DNA from: Phyllosticta citribraziliensis
Taxonomy: Eukaryota
Assembly (NCBI RefSeq): GCF_038025025.1
Contig: NW_027117342.1
Coordinates: forward strand, 1,674,001 to 1,738,000
DNA: 64,000 bases
Direction: 5' to 3'
How positions within the stretch are numbered: position 1 is the stretch's first letter; the number at the start of each line of letters is the position of its first letter. The translations under genes and the position numbers were made by a program. Under the pieces are notes generated by a model that was not told the origin of the DNA, searched no databases, and saw only the letters and a list, made by a program, of their open reading frames with translations. Below are positions 60,931 to 64,000 of the stretch, in pieces.

Positions 60931-62798
60931 ATGTCCGTATCGCATACGTCACTGCCCCGACGGCCGCTGCGCTACATCGTCGCTGCCACCATCAGCGCCT
61001 TCCTCTTCTTCCTGTGGTCCGCCTCGTCCAAATCCTTCCGCTCGTCCTTTGCCTTGTCCTCTGCCGCCAGCTCCGCCATCGTCCCCGTCAACTCGACCCT
61101 GGGCTTTGGCGCCATTTATGTCGTCTCCAAGGACCACTCTCCCCGCCGAAAGGGCTTGCTGCAGGCTGCCAATGTCACCGAAATCGACCTGACCATACCC
61201 GTCCAGCCGCAGTGGACGCTGGAGGATGAGGACAATTTCAGGCTGCCAGAGAACTCGACACTTGGCCGCGGCTCGCTGCTGGCCTGGATGGGACACTTGC
61301 ATTCTTTGAAAAAGTCCGCACATCCCAATTGGCCTGCTCAAATGCATCTCTCGATGCTAACTACTTCTTCAGGTTCATAGAATCCGGTGCCGAGACGGCC
61401 CTCATCCTCGAGGATGATGTTGACTGGGACATTCGTCTGCGCAGCCAACAGGCCCCCCTTGTTGCCTCGGCCGTCCGAGCCATTCTCCCCGACGCTCCTT
61501 TCCCCCGCTACCCATATGGAAACCCCAACGATTGGGACTTGCTATACATGGGACATTGCGGTGACTATTGGCATGGCATGGACGTGGGTTTCGGGCCAGG
61601 CCATGTCGTCCCCGAAAACCTGACCAAGACGCCACATATTGCTTTCCACGACTCATCGCTGCCCGACTTTGACAACTTGCACCCATGGACAACTTCTTTG
61701 CTACAGAATCTCAACGTGTCGGAACACACACGGCTGGTGCACCGCTCGCGCTTCCCGCTATGCACTTTTGGCTACGCCGTGACCCGCGGGTCGGCGTTCC
61801 GCCTTTTGACGGAGCTGGCTGGTCGCGAATCCAACCGGCCCGGTGCGCACGCATACGACGTTACCATACTGCGCGCCTGCATCAGCGACGGCTTACGTTG
61901 TTGGAGCGTCAACCCAGAGCTTTTCCACCATATTCCTGGAGACAGCATGATAGCTGGTATCGAGGGTCATCAGGGAATACCACCCGTCGATGAGAGTGGC
62001 TATGAACAGGTGCTAGAGCGCGGCGAGACAACCAACATTGACTGTGGCTTTTTTGACGGCGCGTTTAGCTTCGACGAAGACGACACGCGGCGCCTCGCGT
62101 GGCTGCAAGAGGAAGCGGCGCGCAAAGGGCAATGTCTCAAGAGAGTCGGACAACAGCAGCAATCACAAAAAGAAGACATCGATCAAGGGCACACCGAAGC
62201 CCAACACCATGAGGATGAGGGCCTGGGGTCCGGGGTCAGGGTCCAGCATGGTCAGGGTCAGGGAACCCAGGGTCAAGGCCAGGGTCAAGCGCAGAGTCTA
62301 AAGCAAAACCAAAACCAGAACGACGGGCACGCGGCGTGGACCCAAAATCAACGCCTTTCCCCACTTGGCCAATCGCAGAACCAGCAGAGTCAGCAAAGCG
62401 ATCCAAGCCAGCAAAATCAGGACAAGTTGGAAAATTCTCATTGGGACTTTGATCAAAAGCTTCGCGGCGGCCCTCCTGGTGGCAGTGGCAGAGGCGGCAG
62501 TACCACCAGCAACCATGCCCACAAAAATGACAACCCCAACGACCAAGACAGCGGCGGCCGCTACCAGCACCACCAGCGTCCGCGTCCGCCGGGATCGATG
62601 GAGTCGTCGGACAAGGACATTCTCCAGCAGCAGCAACAGCAGCAGCAGCAGCAAGAAGAAAACAAAAACCAGCAACAGACCGGCCGACAGGCTCAAAAGG
62701 CGGCAATGAAGGAACAGCAAGGGCATTTGGAGCCTGGACTCGAAGCCGAGAGCGAGGAGCACGTGGACAGAGGGGGTGTCCGACATGGGTTGGTGTAG
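60931..62798 (+). CDS. Glycosyltransferase family 25-like type II membrane protein with a Gln-rich C-terminal extension, about 602 aa; exons 60931-61313, 61373-62798
   Basis: N-terminal TM segment, then NSTLGFGAIYVV, LLAWMGH, TALILEDDVDWD, WDLLYMGHCG and PLCTFGYAVT motifs. A 59-nt GT-AG intron with a GCTAAC branch point. Confidence 0.88.
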
Positions 62799-63678
62799 TC
62801 AGCCTGCCCTTTGTGCTTGGATGATAGTTTTCTTTTTCTTTTCTTCTGCCGTTCGCGGCTGTTGTACCAGTTGGACATTTTTTGCTTTGGACTTTTTGTG
62901 AGAGTTTAGGCATGTTCCGGACCTTGCATCTGTTGTTGTTGGTCTTTGTTTGGCATTTGCCGTGTTGTTGTTTGTTGGGCCAGTTTTCTTTCCTAAATGA
63001 GTTTTGGGATTGGCATTTTGTGCTTTTTTGGTTTGTTTGGTCGGTTGAGCAGTCAATTGGCTTGATTGTCAATTGATTCGTCCGAGCAGAGCAGGTTGGT
63101 AAGTAAGGAAGCGAGCGAGCGCATGCGTGCATGCATTCGATTCGACAAGCATTTGTAAGAGATAGAGATACCACTTGTTTCTTGTCCCTTGGTTGTGTTA
63201 TCGGGAGGCGGAGAGAGAGGCAGATAGGCAGACAAGCAAGGACGACGCTGTAGCATGAGCAAGCATGTTGTGTAGAATGCAGGTGGGTGGTTAGTGTGAC
63301 GGGCGTGATTTGCGGTGGTTGATCTGTTGACGTGATGTGCGTTCTTTTGTTGATAGCGCGGAACCATTACAGCTATTTTTGCTCATGTCTTTGCAAAGGG
63401 ATGGTATGATGGGACCACGCCCGCCCATCGTGGACACTGCTTGTCCACTCCCTTCCTCGCATAGATCCAAGTATCATGGGCGTCGACACGACACAGCATG
63501 TCCTACGGGACAATCCAACTGACAGGCTAGATGGCAGCTGGGTGACTAGGTGACTGAATTGCTTGCTGGCTTTGAAATGCGAGACCCATCCTGGAGGTAC
63601 CTACACGACTTCTACCTCTATGCTTCCTCTCCTCCCCCGTCTTCTCTCTCTTTCCTGCCACGCACGCCATCGCATCCA

Positions 63679-64000
63679 TCACTTAGTTCCCCCAGCTCCA
63701 CCAGCACCGCCAGCACCACCAGACCCTCCGCCCGCACTGTTCAACCACGCAAAAGCCGACGCGCCACCGACCGGATTTTGATTTTGTTTGGCGAGACCAC
63801 CAGCGGGTTTGCCGCTGCCCGCCGACGCGTCCTTCGCAGTGCCACCACCACCACCACCGCCCTTGACAACATCGGACACGGAAATGGCGCGCTTGGGACC
63901 ACTGCTGCCGCTGCTGCTGCTGCCGCCGGGCTGCTCGCCGCCGTCTCTGGCTTGACCAGTTGCCCATCCAGCTGCAGCGCCTCCTCCTCCCGCCGCCGAC
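63679..64000 (-). CDS. 3' end of an unidentified gene entering from beyond the window (Gly/Ser-rich C-terminus)
   Basis: The frame is open from 63999 to TAA at 63679: ...GPKRAISVSDVVKGGGGGG...GGASAFAWLNSAGGGSGGAGG...TK*. Confidence 0.55.
   Translation of the reverse strand, partial: SAAGGGGAAAGWATGQARDGGEQPGGSSSSGSSGPKRAISVSDVVKGGGGGGGTAKDASAGSGKPAGGLAKQNQNPVGGASAFAWLNSAGGGSGGAGGAGGAGGTK

Noticed and set aside
1..64000. Transposons, RIP-degraded blocks and stop-codon readthrough (TGA-CTA) peroxisomal isoforms
   Set aside because: No transposase or RT motifs, terminal repeats or AT-rich TpA-enriched blocks were seen. None of the stop codons I checked has the TGA-CTA context.

Overview
Eukaryotic, intron-containing genomic DNA from a filamentous ascomycete (Pezizomycotina; Dothideomycete-like is inference only). 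About 20 protein-coding genes can be reconstructed from GT-AG splice signals with frame-consistent exon joins: OXLD1-like (5'-truncated), DPM3, an ARM-repeat SmgGDS-like protein, a secreted Cys-repeat protein, AP-2 alpha-adaptin, a three-exon Crd2-type metallothionein missed by the ORF track, an F-box-like hypothetical, a DHA1 MFS transporter, a cytochrome b561 protein with a long disordered tail, a COL-26/BglR-type Zn2Cys6 regulator, an F-box protein, an orphan with a C-terminal Cys cluster, a DUF5321-like protein, 6-phosphogluconolactonase, two coiled-coil hypotheticals, a SET/MYND methyltransferase, PEX26, a PARN/CAF1 ribonuclease, a GT25 glycosyltransferase with a Gln-rich tail, and the 3' end of an unidentified gene. 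I found no supportable tRNA, rRNA, transposon, CRISPR array or biosynthetic gene cluster, and no clear multi-gene novel system. The best leads are: (1) a 'hypothetical' protein that resembles augmin subunit HAUS8/Hice1; (2) a phased array of four CGG triplets spaced CGG-N8-CGG upstream of the F-box gene, near a COL-26-like activator whose own upstream region carries a duplicated CGG-N8-TGG 18-mer; (3) a GC-AG intron whose donor contains an in-frame stop codon. All family calls come from motif recognition by eye; no database searches were run.
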